Below, in pieces: positions 23,395-24,000 of a stretch of 24,000 nt of DNA. The first letter of the stretch is position 1. Each line of letters starts with the position of its first letter. A program made the position numbers and the translations under genes. The DNA lies in assembly GCA_016342355.1 (NCBI GenBank), contig JAEINP010000053.1:8245-32244 (forward strand), written 5' to 3'. The DNA comes from Desulfatibacillum sp. (lineage in GTDB: Bacteria; Desulfobacterota; Desulfobacteria; Desulfobacterales; Desulfatibacillaceae). Below the pieces are notes generated by a model. It was not told the DNA's origin. It saw nothing but the letters and a program-made list of their open reading frames with translations, and did no database searches.

Positions 23395-24000
23395 ATGAAA
23401 ATGACCAACAGGTATGCGAAGATGTTTGTGGTATTGGCGGCGGTTTTTTGTCTGTGTGCTGGTCCCGCCCTGGCGGACGAGATTACGGACACTATCAACG
23501 AGGCCCTGAGCCAATACAAGGCCGGACAGTTTACGGAAGCCGCAGGCACCCTGGATTACGCTTCTCAGATGATCCGCCAGAAAAAAGGCGGCTCCCTGGA
23601 AACCCTGCTCCCCGAGCCCCTGAATGGATGGACGGCTGATGCGCCCACCTCCGTAGCAGCCGGCGCCGCTATGTTCGGCGGCGGTGTGACAGCAGAGAGA
23701 ACCTATTACAAGGGCGATAGCTCCATGACCGTGTCCTTTGTCACCGATTCTCCGGTTCTCCAGAGCATGATGATGATGATGACCAATCCGGCCTTTGCTG
23801 CTTCTTCCGGCATGAAGATAGACAAAGTGAAGGGCCAACGGGCCATGTATGAATACGATCCCAGCGACAAGAGCGGTGAGATGACCATGGTGGTGGCCAA
23901 TAAATTCCTGGTGACGGTTTCCGGTAGCGGCGTGGAGCGGGAAGAAATTAAAGCCTACGCCGAGGCTGTTGATTTCGCCAAGTTGGAGGCTCTGCAATAG
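23395..24000 (+). CDS. Hypothetical secreted/periplasmic protein (201 aa)
   Basis: The signal peptide MFVVLAAVFCLCAGPALA|DE and a GAGGTGA SD upstream support the call. The mature part contains an unusual MMMMM run. The TAG stop at 23998-24000 coincides with the window end. No family recognised. Confidence 0.6.
   Translation: MKMTNRYAKMFVVLAAVFCLCAGPALADEITDTINEALSQYKAGQFTEAAGTLDYASQMIRQKKGGSLETLLPEPLNGWTADAPTSVAAGAAMFGGGVTAERTYYKGDSSMTVSFVTDSPVLQSMMMMMTNPAFAASSGMKIDKVKGQRAMYEYDPSDKSGEMTMVVANKFLVTVSGSGVEREEIKAYAEAVDFAKLEALQ

Noticed and set aside
1-24000. A scan for CRISPR arrays, rRNA/tRNA genes, and defence, toxin-antitoxin or retron-like modules
   Set aside because: I saw no regularly spaced direct repeats, no tRNA cloverleaf candidates, and no reverse transcriptase, nuclease-NTPase or small toxin/antitoxin pairs. 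Apart from the RAYT island, the window appears to be core-genome DNA.

Overview
This window reads as a mostly housekeeping chromosomal segment, about 53-55% GC by eye. Its gene content (H+-pyrophosphatase, a sirC/hemA tetrapyrrole cluster, ClpB, PolA) would fit a deltaproteobacterial or sulfate-reducer-like genome, but that taxonomic guess is inference only. I support 22 intact CDS plus one pseudogene. In order they are: hppA (5'-truncated by the window edge), carD/cdnL, rluD, a PHP-RNase III fusion, dksA, two small Cys-rich proteins, an HD hydrolase and polA. Next comes a 1.8-kb REP/RAYT island holding one truncated and one full-length HUH-Y1 transposase. After it come a TPR lipoprotein, cutA, two alpha/beta hydrolases, clpB, an MBL hydrolase, sirC, a membrane retropepsin-like protease, a CcsA/HemX-like protein, hemA, fabD and two secreted hypothetical proteins. 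I found no rRNA, tRNA or CRISPR array and no recognisable defence or toxin system. Four loci deserve a second look. (1) The REP/RAYT island between polA and the TPR gene contains a ~490-bp segment bounded exactly by inverted REP hairpins. That segment holds the HUH half of the transposase gene and is present twice. The right-hand REP hairpin lies in frame inside the full-length gene. (2) A single ORF fuses a YciV/TrpH-like PHP phosphoesterase to a complete RNase III. It is translationally overlapped with dksA and sits next to rluD. (3) A pair of tiny Cys-rich proteins of unknown function. (4) A membrane-anchored retropepsin-like protease is ATGA-coupled into the sirC-hemX-like-hemA cluster. 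All calls come from reading the sequence and recognising motifs; no database search was run.
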